Shown in pieces: positions 30,179 through 40,295 of a stretch of 64,000 nt of DNA. The translations under genes and the position numbers were made by a program. Source of the DNA: Puniceicoccales bacterium (GTDB lineage Bacteria; Verrucomicrobiota; Verrucomicrobiia; Opitutales; UBA9783); the NCBI GenBank assembly GCA_031260015.1, contig JAIRKR010000045.1, positions 1,902 through 65,901 of the forward strand, in the 5' to 3' direction. A model generated the notes under the pieces. It was not told the DNA's origin, ran no database searches, and worked only from the letters and a program-made list of their open reading frames with translations. Numbering within the stretch: the stretch's first letter is position 1; every line of letters starts with the position of its first letter.

Positions 30179-31336
30179 TTACATTGGATTCAATTGAGGC
30201 GCAGGTAGCGTAGAAGAAACCACCACGTGAGAGCCGGGTGCCAATAAGGCATGGCCTTCGGCAATAATTTTTTCGTTACCTTCAAGTCCAGAATGAATGA
30301 CCACCCATTCTTGGTAATTCTGCCCCACATTAACGTAGCGCATTTCGGCCACGTTTTGAGCATTGATAACGTACACGAAAGAACCCTTATTGCCCATGTG
30401 AATAGATGCTTCGGGAACCCAAAAAATATTATCGAGTACGGCATAATAAATTTTTAGATCGACTGCGCGACCTTCCCAAAATTCCCAATCCTCATTTTTA
30501 AACTCAGAACGCGCACAAAAACTGCCCGTCGTTTTATCAACGACGTTATCGACGTATACCAGTTCCCCATACTGCACAACAGAACTGTCGTCCAATAAAC
30601 GCGCTTCTACAACAATACGATTGTTGGAGGTATTCTTCGCCTGCCAAAGAGGACTAAAATATTTTTCAGACAAAAAGCAATCTGCGTAAATGGGCTGCAT
30701 CTGATTAAGCGTCGCAAGCATTGTTCCTTTGCTTACAAAGCTATGCGTATTGACGGTTGATTTACCAAGTTCACCATCGAAAGGTGCCCTAAGAAAGCAA
30801 TGTTCTAGGTCAATTTGTTTGAGCGTACACGCAGCCTCATCTAATTTTACACGACCTTCGTACATCGCGACATTGGCTTTGTAGGTATCATATTCTTGCT
30901 GTGATACGAAGTCGCCCGTTTTTAGCGTTTCGGATCGTTGTAATTGGGATTGATGCAGTTGCAATTGTGCCTTATCAATTGCCAATTGAGCTTCTGCCTG
31001 CTTTAAACTGGCCATAAGACTTCTGGGATCGATTTCAAATAAGAGATCACCTCTTTTCACGGTACCTCCATTTTTACGTGCAACCGTTATCAATTCTCCT
31101 TCTACTTGAGGGACCAAGGTAAGATTTTCGAAGGCGGTACACTGCCCAACGGCATCGATATAACGCTGAACGGATGTTTTAAAAGGGAAGGCAGCTTTTA
31201 CGGACAATTGCATCGGTGGCCTTATTTCCGGTTTTTTGTGAAATAGAGTACTTGCCATTTTACACGATATTAAAAAGGCAATGGATATGGTAGTTACGAC
31301 TATGTAGTAAAACCATTGTTTATTTTTGCTGTGCAT
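30179..31336 (-). CDS. RND efflux periplasmic adaptor (membrane fusion protein)
   Basis: 385 aa. N-terminal anchor, lipoyl/coiled-coil hairpin (QAEAQLAIDKAQLQLHQSQLQR). Sits between the OMF and RND genes. Confidence 0.85.
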   Translation of the reverse strand: MHSKNKQWFYYIVVTTISIAFLISCKMASTLFHKKPEIRPPMQLSVKAAFPFKTSVQRYIDAVGQCTAFENLTLVPQVEGELITVARKNGGTVKRGDLLFEIDPRSLMASLKQAEAQLAIDKAQLQLHQSQLQRSETLKTGDFVSQQEYDTYKANVAMYEGRVKLDEAACTLKQIDLEHCFLRAPFDGELGKSTVNTHSFVSKGTMLATLNQMQPIYADCFLSEKYFSPLWQAKNTSNNRIVVEARLLDDSSVVQYGELVYVDNVVDKTTGSFCARSEFKNEDWEFWEGRAVDLKIYYAVLDNIFWVPEASIHMGNKGSFVYVINAQNVAEMRYVNVGQNYQEWVVIHSGLEGNEKIIAEGHALLAPGSHVVVSSTLPAPQLNPM

Positions 31337-31343
31337 AAAAATT

Positions 31344-32744
31344 TTATAAATTAAATTGAGTGGGTGTTTTTATATCCAATTGTCCTGTGATGTAAGCCAA
31401 TTGTACTAAGTTTAATTTTACATCCGTTTTGGCTTGAATGTGTTTGAGTCGAGCGTTTGCCAAAGTCTTTTGTGCGGCGAGGAGGTCCAGTAGGCTATTA
31501 ATACCCGTATTGTAGCCTGTACGAATGGCATTGAGCGCTTCTTGGGCAGCCTCTTCAAGGGCTTTGGAAGCTTCAGAAAGCTGAACGGAAGACTGAAATG
31601 CATGAAAGGCTGTCCATGTTTGGCGAAGCGCTTCTAACTTTTGTTGACGTAGTGTATACTTCTGTTCTTTCCACTGCGTATAACTTGCTAATTCGCTGTA
31701 TTGGCTGTCAAACCCAGAAAATATATTCCATTGTATCCCCACCGATAATCCATAATTTCTTTGCCAATGAGAATTATGCTTATGCTTTAATGCACTCGTT
31801 TGGGTATGCAATGAAAGTGAAGGTAAAAAACCTCGATGCGTGGCCTTTTGAGACCATTTTTTAGCTTCTAACGTTGCTTCATTTGCCAATAAGTCTGCAC
31901 GTTTATCAAGTACCTCCCGCATCAGATTTTCGATATTACGAAAGGGTTTTTGCGTCTCCGTACTTAAATAATCCGTTTCGATGGAAAAATCTGCAGCAAT
32001 GGGTACACCTACCGTCGTTGCCAAGGTAGCACGACAGCTTTCCAAATCTGCTTTTGCGGCTTGTAGTTCGTACTCCGCTTGTAATTTGTCCGCTTTGGCG
32101 AGTAATACATCCTGTACGCGCGCCAAGCCATTTTCTTTTCTTTGGGAGACGGCTTCAAAAGATAGCGTTGCATCCTGTAGGCAGCTTTCATGAGCTTCTA
32201 TCTTCGCATAAGCGGAAAAGAAATTGTAAAATGCCCGTTGTATTTCAAAAACAGTTGTTTGAAGTTGTCGATTAAATGCGTAATTGGCCGCATGCAACAG
32301 ATGGGCTGCACTTTGGGCAGCCGCGGCATCGGTTCCAAATTGAAATACCTTGTAAGTCAACGTTACTGCGGGCCCCCAATTATCGGTTCGCTGCGTAGGT
32401 TGAGATGCATTTTTTCCGACTTGTTCCCTATTAATATTTGCAGACACATCCGCGTGAGGAAAAAGACTAGCCTCTGCTCGCCCTTGATTTGCAAAAGCTT
32501 CTTTGGCGTGCCACCACGCATGTTTTGTCTGTGGATTAAACTTAAGGCCAATTTCAATAAGTTCCAATAAAGAATACTTCCCAACAAGTGTTTTCTGCGG
32601 TGATAAAAAGTCATGATGAGGGATCGTATTGCAGGTAGGCATCCATGGGGTACGTGCATCAGTACTGGTCTCTTTTTGAATCGAATGGCAACCATTAAGG
32701 CCCAATAAACTACTTACAATGGGAATTATTATTTTGCGACACAT
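31344..32744 (-). CDS. Efflux outer-membrane factor lipoprotein (TolC/NodT family)
   Basis: 466 aa. Lipobox-like LLGLNGC. Duplicated OEP-type helical repeats. First gene of the efflux operon. Confidence 0.8.
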   Translation of the reverse strand: MCRKIIIPIVSSLLGLNGCHSIQKETSTDARTPWMPTCNTIPHHDFLSPQKTLVGKYSLLELIEIGLKFNPQTKHAWWHAKEAFANQGRAEASLFPHADVSANINREQVGKNASQPTQRTDNWGPAVTLTYKVFQFGTDAAAAQSAAHLLHAANYAFNRQLQTTVFEIQRAFYNFFSAYAKIEAHESCLQDATLSFEAVSQRKENGLARVQDVLLAKADKLQAEYELQAAKADLESCRATLATTVGVPIAADFSIETDYLSTETQKPFRNIENLMREVLDKRADLLANEATLEAKKWSQKATHRGFLPSLSLHTQTSALKHKHNSHWQRNYGLSVGIQWNIFSGFDSQYSELASYTQWKEQKYTLRQQKLEALRQTWTAFHAFQSSVQLSEASKALEEAAQEALNAIRTGYNTGINSLLDLLAAQKTLANARLKHIQAKTDVKLNLVQLAYITGQLDIKTPTQFNL

Positions 32745-32808
32745 TGCCTTAACAGATTAAACAAATACACGGTTTTGTAAAGCGTTTTTAAATATAGTGT
32801 CTTCGTAA

Positions 32809-33294
32809 CTATTTAGGCGTACAATGCGCTTTTTCTAGTTCCAGTAGGTATCGCTTGGCATATAATCCACCCCTATAACCCGTTAACCGTCCATCGGAGC
32901 CAAGGACGCGATGACAAGGGATAAAAATAGGAAGCGGATTTTTATTGCATGCACATCCTACGGCGCGAACTGCACGCGGATGATGCACTGCGATGGCAAG
33001 TGTTTTGTACGAAATTGTAGTCCCGTAGGGAATGGTTTGTAAATAATTGAGCGTTGCCGTAAAAAATGAAGACTGCTCAAATGATAAAGGAATTGTAAAT
33101 GATGTCCTGGCCCCCTTGAAGTAGTCCAGCAATTGTTGTTTGGCCAAGTTGAGCAGAGAGGTCTCACGAACGACCGTATTATCTACACAGAACGTATTAG
33201 GCAGTAAAACCTGCGTTAAGTGGCTTTGCGTAGATTTTAGACCCATGACACCGATGGGTGTTTCAACGTGTGTACAATAAGTTGTTGGATCCAC
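32809..33294 (-). CDS. ogt: Methylated-DNA--protein-cysteine methyltransferase
   Basis: 161 aa with the active site IPCHRV and GGLYAKRYLL. Confidence 0.85.
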   Translation of the reverse strand: MDPTTYCTHVETPIGVMGLKSTQSHLTQVLLPNTFCVDNTVVRETSLLNLAKQQLLDYFKGARTSFTIPLSFEQSSFFTATLNYLQTIPYGTTISYKTLAIAVHHPRAVRAVGCACNKNPLPIFIPCHRVLGSDGRLTGYRGGLYAKRYLLELEKAHCTPK

Positions 33295-33313
33295 CTGAAG
33301 TTAAAAATTAGCC

Positions 33314-34345
33314 TTACTGCAGCGGAGCGGGGGTTGGAGGAACGTGTTGAAAAATTCCAAAAATTTTATCGGCCCAAGTGGTCGGAATGGGTGCATGGGT
33401 ATAAATACTCTCGATGCGCCCATTGGCTTGCATTGCAATGTCGGTAGAAGGAGCGATGAGTTGAGCTTCGTTGTAAAATTGGATAGCTCCGGCGCCGTAA
33501 TGGCGCTTGTATAAGAAAAAATCTCCCAAGACTAGGCGACTTTGGGCAAATAATTCTTGTGCGTGCCGTAAGCTATCTCGAGCACGTTGTATAAGTTTAG
33601 GCAAAAGGTGAGATTTTTCGAAGAGGATTAAAAAGTTTTCGTAACACTGTATGGCCTTTTGCGTAGCCCCCTGATCATTTTGCGGACTATAAACTAAAGA
33701 TAAATAGATATCTCCCTTGAGTAAATAAGCTTCAGGTATCAATCGATGACCCGGATAATCTTCAATTAAGCGATCCAGAGCTTCAATGGCCTTCACTTTG
33801 TGATTATCTTCGAATTCTAACTGTGCTGTGCAAAATAAGGCACGAGGAGCATAATCGGTGGAAGGAGCCATGGATGTAACACCTTGAAAAAATGCGATTG
33901 CGGTGGAAATATCTTTACCCCAAGGTAAAAATTTAAAACGGTGCTTTTCACGCCCCTGCATGAACATTTCCGCCACCTCAAATTGTTCTTTAACCACATC
34001 ATCGTAACGTTCATATTGAGTATAATTGTGGGCAATAAATTGAAAATGCTCGATGCCTTTGGCATATTGTCCCGCTTGAATATACAAGCGTCCCATGATA
34101 TGATGCGCTTGGGGAGCAATGTCCGTTTCGGCATACTTTTTGCAGATAATTTGGTATTCTTTTACGGCTTCAGCAATGTAACCCTGCGTTTGTGCTTGCT
34201 CCGCTTGTCTGAAAATTTCTTCTGCAATTTGTTCTCGTTGGGGAGACTTCAATGCCAATTGCTGCGGAGAAATTGGATCGTGTACACGATTCATACAACC
34301 ACTTATTAACATTAAAAGACTTAGTAGACCAATCGATTTATTCAT
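33314..34345 (-). CDS. TPR lipoprotein, BamD (YfiO)-like outer-membrane assembly factor
   Basis: Lipobox LMLISGC. TPR-like helical repeats throughout. The assignment is by architecture only. Confidence 0.5.
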   Translation of the reverse strand: MNKSIGLLSLLMLISGCMNRVHDPISPQQLALKSPQREQIAEEIFRQAEQAQTQGYIAEAVKEYQIICKKYAETDIAPQAHHIMGRLYIQAGQYAKGIEHFQFIAHNYTQYERYDDVVKEQFEVAEMFMQGREKHRFKFLPWGKDISTAIAFFQGVTSMAPSTDYAPRALFCTAQLEFEDNHKVKAIEALDRLIEDYPGHRLIPEAYLLKGDIYLSLVYSPQNDQGATQKAIQCYENFLILFEKSHLLPKLIQRARDSLRHAQELFAQSRLVLGDFFLYKRHYGAGAIQFYNEAQLIAPSTDIAMQANGRIESIYTHAPIPTTWADKIFGIFQHVPPTPAPLQ

Positions 34346-34372
34346 CGGAAGGATTAGGGTTTGGGTAACATG

Positions 34373-35368
34373 TTACGGCCATTTGATGAGTGTCGCTCCC
34401 CAAGTGAGTCCGCCGCCAAATGCAACGAGCACGATGTAATCACCTGAATGAAAATAATGAGCATTTTTAGCTTGCGTGAAGGCAACGGGAATAGACGCGG
34501 AAGATGTATTGCCCGTGACCTCCAAGTTACAGAAGACGCGATCCATGGGTAAATCTATGGATTGAGCCAAAGATTGAATGATGCGCAAATTGGCTTGATG
34601 CGGTATAAGACAAGCAACGTCGGCTTTGGTAAGATGATTCCGTTCCAATAATTCTTCAACGGCTTTTCCCATCAAACGCACGGACGCTTTAAATAATTCC
34701 TTACCGTTCATTTTGATAAAATGTTGCCTTTGAGCCACCGTCTCCGCAGTTGCCGGGTGCAAAGAGCCCCCTGCAGGGATGTACAGCGTTTCAGAGGAAC
34801 TACCGTCAGCCCCTAAAATAGCATCGCGAATGCCAACGAGTTCTGCAGACGTATGTTCCAAAACGAATGCACCCGCTGCATCCCCAAACAATACACAGGT
34901 AGACCGATCCTCCCAATCGGTGAGAGAGGATAGCTTTTCAGCCCCAATAACCAGTGCACGTTTGTAAAAATTTCCATTTTGCAGTAGATAAGTGGCAACT
35001 TCAAGGGTGTATAAAAACCCAGAACAAGCAGCATTGATGTCAAAACTCATCACATTGCGCAGACCTAATTTGGCTTGTAAAATTGCAGCCGAAGACGGGC
35101 ATATCATATCGGGTGTTATGGTTGCAACGACGAGTAAGTCAATGTCCTGTGCCTTTAATTGGGCGTCTTCAAGGGCATTTTTTGCAGCTGCATAGGCCAA
35201 ATCAGAGCAAGTTTCGTGCGCGTCCGCAATATGTCTTTGGGAAATACCCGTTCGCGTTCGAATCCATTCGTCAGAAGTGTCAACCATTGAAGCGAGATCG
35301 TGATTGGTAAGCACCTTGCGTGGTAGATAAGAACCAACACCTCGAATGATGATGGACCCTTGTTTCAC
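34373..35368 (-). CDS. fabH: 3-oxoacyl-ACP synthase III
   Basis: 331 aa. AACSGF (Cys), HQANLRI (His), GNTSSASIP (Asn). Confidence 0.9.
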   Translation of the reverse strand: MKQGSIIIRGVGSYLPRKVLTNHDLASMVDTSDEWIRTRTGISQRHIADAHETCSDLAYAAAKNALEDAQLKAQDIDLLVVATITPDMICPSSAAILQAKLGLRNVMSFDINAACSGFLYTLEVATYLLQNGNFYKRALVIGAEKLSSLTDWEDRSTCVLFGDAAGAFVLEHTSAELVGIRDAILGADGSSSETLYIPAGGSLHPATAETVAQRQHFIKMNGKELFKASVRLMGKAVEELLERNHLTKADVACLIPHQANLRIIQSLAQSIDLPMDRVFCNLEVTGNTSSASIPVAFTQAKNAHYFHSGDYIVLVAFGGGLTWGATLIKWP

Positions 35369-36448
35369 CTATTCTTCTCCTTTTAGTTTTTCTATCGTCA
35401 GGTTTGTTGCCGCAATGTCATTTTGTACATTTTTTAGATCGTATGCCTCCAAGCATCTTAAGCATGTACGAAGGGCTCCGGCAATGGATTTTTCCCTGCT
35501 AGAACCGTGCGATTTAAAAACCCATCCATTCAATCCCAAAAGTGGGGCTCCGCTAAAATGCTCCGGAGAAAATTGCTTTTTCATGTTGAGAAAAACACCT
35601 TGCGACAAAAAGGCTCCCATTTTTCTCATGTAGTTCTTTTGCAATTCTTCTTTTAAATATTCTTTCAAATGATAGAAGAGAGATTCGCAAGTTTTGAGCA
35701 AAATATTACCCACAAAGCCGTCGCATACAACAACATCAACGGTGTTATTGAATAAGTGAAAACCTTCGATGAGGCCCTGATAATTAAAATTTGGAAGCGG
35801 CAAATTTTTCAAAATTGAGTGGGCCGCGTGTACGATTTCATTCCCTTTGCCTTCTTCCGTACCAATCGTAAGCAGACCTACCCGCGGATTGGTTTTTTCC
35901 AAAATAGCTTGTGCGTAATGTGAACCTAAAATTGCATTGTGGGCCAAATGTTTTGCCGTCGAAGATGGGTTAGCTCCCACGTCTATTAATATAAATCGCT
36001 GTTGCCTCGTCGGAATAACACTCGCCAATGCAGGACGCTCAACCCCTGCAATAGGCCCTAACTTTAGCGTACCTCCAGCCATGAGACTTCCCGTATTGCC
36101 GCAACTTAAAATGGCATCCACTGTCCCATTTTTTACCAGGTCGATGGCGCGAAACATGGAAGCATCCTTTTTGTGCTTTAGGGTATAAATGGGTTTTTCC
36201 TGCATTTCAATAACCTGCGGAGCGTGGACAAATTCAACCATCGAAGAATCGTTGAACCCGTAACGATCCAAGAGAGGCGTCAAGATGGCTGTATCGCCAA
36301 CGAGATATATTTTTTCAAAGCGATGCCCGTCGGTTTTCAATGCAGAACAAATTCCGGAAAGCATCTCTTCGGGCCCAAAATCTAAGCCCATTACATCCAC
36401 GGCTACCCTTGGCAAATGCCGCTGTAATTTACTAGAATTTTCCTGCAT
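35369..36448 (-). CDS. plsX: Phosphate acyltransferase
   Basis: 359 aa. Classic rpmF-plsX-fabH synteny. VAVDVMG, SCGNTGSLMA. Confidence 0.85.
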   Translation of the reverse strand: MQENSSKLQRHLPRVAVDVMGLDFGPEEMLSGICSALKTDGHRFEKIYLVGDTAILTPLLDRYGFNDSSMVEFVHAPQVIEMQEKPIYTLKHKKDASMFRAIDLVKNGTVDAILSCGNTGSLMAGGTLKLGPIAGVERPALASVIPTRQQRFILIDVGANPSSTAKHLAHNAILGSHYAQAILEKTNPRVGLLTIGTEEGKGNEIVHAAHSILKNLPLPNFNYQGLIEGFHLFNNTVDVVVCDGFVGNILLKTCESLFYHLKEYLKEELQKNYMRKMGAFLSQGVFLNMKKQFSPEHFSGAPLLGLNGWVFKSHGSSREKSIAGALRTCLRCLEAYDLKNVQNDIAATNLTIEKLKGEE

Positions 36449-36459
36449 TGAAAAATAAG

Positions 36460-36639
36460 TTACAGGTCAACTTCAACGACTTGTTTATCTCGGTAGGTCC
36501 CCGTGTGTACGCTGACACGATGACGCATTACCCAGTTACCTTCGGTAGGGTCTTTGACCAATTGGGGCATTTTAAAGTTGTTAGCACCGCGTCTTAATCG
36601 GCTGCGCATTTTAGATTGTTTTCTTTTTGGTTGTCCCAT
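36460..36639 (-). CDS. rpmF: 50S ribosomal protein L32
   Basis: 59-codon ORF below the track cutoff: MGQPKRKQSKMRSRLRRGANNFKMPQLVKDPTEGNWVMRHRVSVHTGTYRDKQVVEVDL. Lies directly upstream of plsX. Confidence 0.85.
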   Translation of the reverse strand: MGQPKRKQSKMRSRLRRGANNFKMPQLVKDPTEGNWVMRHRVSVHTGTYRDKQVVEVDL

Positions 36640-36898
36640 GTATAAAAATCTCCATTAACGCATTAAATGGTACAGTAATTAAACATTCTATTCTTACGCG
36701 TCAAGTTTTATTCCTTCTGAATTATAAAATTTACCCGGATAGAAAAACATTATGGAAGCTTACTTCTTAGGTCGTTTGTCTCAAAATTTGTGCAGAGGTA
36801 TCTAAAGTCGTAAAATTTCTTGCACGTACATTTTATGAGAAAGTTTCGTCGTTTTTCACATTGAAAAAAAAATGGGATGATGCAATATGACATAACCT

Positions 36899-38024
36899 AT
36901 GTTGATGGATCCACTTTTAAATACGCGCGTGCAAAGCTTGCTAGAGAAAGCGGGTCATCTGTGGAGGTTTCTTTAAAGTAACCGAAAAAGAAGATCGATT
37001 GAAATTTTTAGAGAGTAAAATGGCCGAGGTTGGCTTCTGGTCATTGGGCGAAGAAGCTCAAAAGATTCTTATGGAAACCAAAGGACTTAAAAAGCTGCTC
37101 ATCGAATGGGATGGGCTTGCCAAAGCAGTGGATGAACTAAGAAGTTTATGGGAAATTTGTAAGGATGCGTCCACAGAAGAGGGAGAGGCGTGGATGTCAG
37201 AATTGTTGCAAATGTTTTCCAGCGTTGAACAATCCATCGATCAAATGGAATTGCAATCGTTTTTATCAGGCCCTATGGATGCTAATAACGCCATTGTGAC
37301 CATTCATTCGGGTGCCGGAGGTACAGAAGCGTGCGATTGGGCAAATATGGTACTGCGAATGTACGTTCGCTGGGCTGAAAAGAGTAATTTTATCACGGAT
37401 ATACAAAATTTGCAGGAGGGCGAGGAAGCCGGTATCAGCCGGGTGACATTTCGCCTGGAAGGTCCGAATGCGTACGGTTACGCAAAGGCCGAAAGAGGTG
37501 TGCATCGTTTGGTTCGAATAAGTCCTTTTGACGCCAATAAAAAAAGGCATACATCTTTTTGTTCCGTGGACGTTATTGCTGAACTAGAAGATGAAATGGA
37601 TGTGCCTTTGGATGAAAAAGACCTGCGCATAGACACTTACCGTGCAAGCGGCAAAGGTGGACAGCATGTCAACAAAACGGAATCCGCCATCCGCATCACG
37701 CATTTACCCACAGGTCTTGTGGTTACCTGCCAAAATGAACGGTCGCAAATCAAAAATCGCGCTACGGCAATGAAAATTTTGAAGTCTCGTTTATACGAAA
37801 AAATGCAAGATGAAAAACGTTCGGAAATGGAACGTTTTTATGGAGAAAAAGGTGAAATTGGCTGGGGATATCAGATCCGTAGTTACGTATTTCAACCCTA
37901 CCAGATGGTTAAAGATTTGCGTACGGGTGTGGAAACGAGCAATGTACAAGCCGTTATGGATGGTGATCTGGATATGTTCATTCAAGCTTGGCTGAGAGCC
38001 GGAGGACCGCGTTCAAGAAAGTGA
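36899..38024 (+). CDS. prfB: Peptide chain release factor 2, requires +1 frameshift at codon 26
   Basis: Frame 0 from 36899 to 36973 gives [25 protein letters not shown], then TAA. The +1 frame from 36975 gives [22 protein letters not shown]... with SPF (RISPFD) and GGQ (GKGGQHVN). Confidence 0.9.
36963..36977 (+). promoter_or_regulatory. Programmed +1 ribosomal frameshift cassette of prfB
   Basis: GGAGG (36963-36967), TTT, CTT (36971-36973), TAA (36974-76), A. This is an SD-like element 3 nt before the slippery CTT, the same geometry as the E. coli AGGGGG-TAT-CTT-TGA-C cassette, but with TAA as the stop. Confidence 0.8.
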
Positions 38025-38051
38025 AAGCGTCATGTGTAAAATAAAGGCATT

Positions 38052-38429
38052 ATGCGTATACTCGGGCTAGGAAACGATATTATTGAAATAGACCGCGTAC
38101 GTCGATTTGTTGAAAAATTTACAGATCGATGCATCGGTCGGATTTACACGTTGGCCGAATGGAATTATTGTTGGAGTCAAGGCAATCCTTTCGCTTCACT
38201 GGCGGTTCGTTTCGCCGCCAAAGAAGCCGTTTTAAAAGCTTTGGGTGTGGGCATCGGCGCAAGCTTGTCCTTAACATCCGTGGAAGTTTACAACGATGCT
38301 TTGGGTGCTCCGGGTGTACATTTAGATTTAAAAGCAAATGAATTGTTGTCTCAAAAAGGTGGAAAACGAATCAACATCGCCTTGTCGCATTGCCGGACAT
38401 TGGCTTCAGCCGTAGCAATCATTGTGTAA
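38052..38429 (+). CDS. acpS: Holo-ACP synthase
   Basis: 125 aa. GNDIIEIDR, FAAKEAVLKALG. Confidence 0.85.
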   Translation: MRILGLGNDIIEIDRVRRFVEKFTDRCIGRIYTLAEWNYCWSQGNPFASLAVRFAAKEAVLKALGVGIGASLSLTSVEVYNDALGAPGVHLDLKANELLSQKGGKRINIALSHCRTLASAVAIIV

Positions 38430-39051
38430 CCTTTGCATCTCCATTAATTGCACGTTGCATCCATTGGATGTAAGCTTCACGGCGTCGTTCCTCCTCTGCC
38501 GTGCCATTAAAAGGACGAGCTGAAAAATCATTCAGCTCCTTCTGCAAACGTTGGCCTCGACTCGTACGACTAAATCCTGTTTTTGCGCGTATAAGATTTG
38601 CGCGTATAAGATCCTCCCTTGTTTTGTGTGTTATTGGACAAGCATCCGTATGATATTGATTACACTGGTCACACCACCATTCGCTTTGCATTTTCCTGCG
38701 TTCTTGCATTAATGGCTTAAATTCTTCCATACACTTATTGATATCCACGTCTAATCTACGTTCATCACGATACTCCATTTCGCCCGTTTTTTGACAAATT
38801 AAGTTGTGATAAGCATGGCAATGGACGCACCAATACTCTTTTTTTAAGTACTCGTACTTCTTCATAAATTGCGCAAGCTTTGCATCATATTTCTCACACA
38901 TCTCTATACATTCATTTTCCGTTTTGTTCGTTATGGGACAAGGGCCTGAATGATGCCACTTATTACAAGCTGGACAATACCAGTCAGCATTTAAGGCAAC
39001 TCCACCCATCAAACTTATCATCACAAGGCTTGTTTTTATTATCTTTTTCAT
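38419..39051 (-). CDS. Exported Cys/His-repeat protein, paralog 1 (three CCHC modules)
   Basis: Start chosen at MKKIIKTSLVMISLMGGVALNA (ATG 39049-39051). Modules are DWYCPACNKWHHSGPCPIT, EYWCVHCHAYHNLICQKT and EWWCDQCNQYHTDACPIT. Confidence 0.65.
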   Translation of the reverse strand: MKKIIKTSLVMISLMGGVALNADWYCPACNKWHHSGPCPITNKTENECIEMCEKYDAKLAQFMKKYEYLKKEYWCVHCHAYHNLICQKTGEMEYRDERRLDVDINKCMEEFKPLMQERRKMQSEWWCDQCNQYHTDACPITHKTREDLIRANLIRAKTGFSRTSRGQRLQKELNDFSARPFNGTAEEERRREAYIQWMQRAINGDAKVTQ

Positions 39052-39454
39052 AACATTTCCTATTCTATTTATTTTGATGAAACTTATGGTTTTATTTAGG
39101 ATAACACACAATGCATTGTACGTCAAGTATATCGGGAGTGTTTTTTAAACAAAAACTTTAATCGAGTTTCCATGGCAAGGAAGCTTGCGGATTTTGGAGA
39201 AAGCTCAGAGATGAAGCATACCCCTGAACCCGCCTTAGATCCAGATCAAATGGAAAAATAACCTAACTATGAAGATTCATGCAGACAACATTCTCAAGAA
39301 AAGTTATTGAGCATCTTCAAAAAGACACTCTACTTTCTGAGAAAGTGAGTGGAGTAACAAGAGAGACATAAGAGGGAAAAGTATGTATAACGAATACTAA
39401 CACTTCGAGCTCTCGGATTACCTCTTTGACTTCTATGCACTTTTCTAACTAAAC

Positions 39455-40150
39455 TTAAGGGCACCACTTATACTTTTGAGGTATCTCCTCAAGGCTCCTG
39501 TAAACTTCACTCGTTTCTATGTCAATCCATTTCTCGCCATCAAAAAAAGCCACTTTCTTACCATAATCCATTGCGCAGGCACAGATGGCATTCTTGGTCA
39601 TATATACCAGATGACGATGAATTACTCCAACATTAAAAACACCAAGAAAGTTCGTGCGACGCTCAAGATCCTGAGGGTCTTGAGGGCTACAGTACCTAAA
39701 ATACACACAATGATCTCTTAATTGCTTTGACGGCACGTAGACAGGCCTACCATTAGCAAGTGTACCTACCCGCTCAAGCCGTATGGGACTACCCACACGA
39801 TTATAAAATTCACCTTCATCTCCTATAAACAGACTATCATCACACGTGGCCACATACAACCACTTATGTCGGATCCTTTTGACCGTTAGCCCTAGTTTTG
39901 TGCAATATCCCCCTATAATTGGTATCTTACCATAAACCGGAGTACCGTTGGGCGTATGTCCTATCTCCGGATATGTAGAAAAATCATGAGTACGCGCGGC
40001 GACAAGATATTTTTCCCATACAGGACAAGCTCCTTGATGATCTGTTTTACACAAATCGCACCACTGGGCGTTTAAGGTGACTGCGCCCATCACGCGCGCC
40101 ATGATAAGGCCAGATTTTATCATTCTATTCATTGTTTTTTTCATATTCAT
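39455..40150 (-). CDS. Exported Cys/His-repeat protein, paralog 2 (one CCHC module plus an unrelated C-terminal domain)
   Basis: Start at MNMKKTMNRMIKSGLIMARVMGAVTLNA. The module QWCDLCKTDHQGACPVW comes directly after the predicted cleavage site. Confidence 0.6.
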   Translation of the reverse strand: MNMKKTMNRMIKSGLIMARVMGAVTLNAQWCDLCKTDHQGACPVWEKYLVAARTHDFSTYPEIGHTPNGTPVYGKIPIIGGYCTKLGLTVKRIRHKWLYVATCDDSLFIGDEGEFYNRVGSPIRLERVGTLANGRPVYVPSKQLRDHCVYFRYCSPQDPQDLERRTNFLGVFNVGVIHRHLVYMTKNAICACAMDYGKKVAFFDGEKWIDIETSEVYRSLEEIPQKYKWCP

Positions 40151-40295
40151 ATTGATTCCTTTTATTTTGGGGGTTATGCGTCGTAGGTTTGTAAGTAATT
40201 TATGCCTTATCAAATGTATTTTAATTTTTTCTAAAATATTTATTTTTCTGGCTTTCAAATTTGTCCATCAACTGCTGCGCAATCCCTTCCACTAT

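Noticed and set aside
39172-39261. 29-codon plus-strand ORF (MARKLADFGESSEMKHTPEPALDPDQMEK) in the spacer between paralogs 1 and 2
   Set aside because: Too short, with no ribosome-binding context or similarity to anything nearby.
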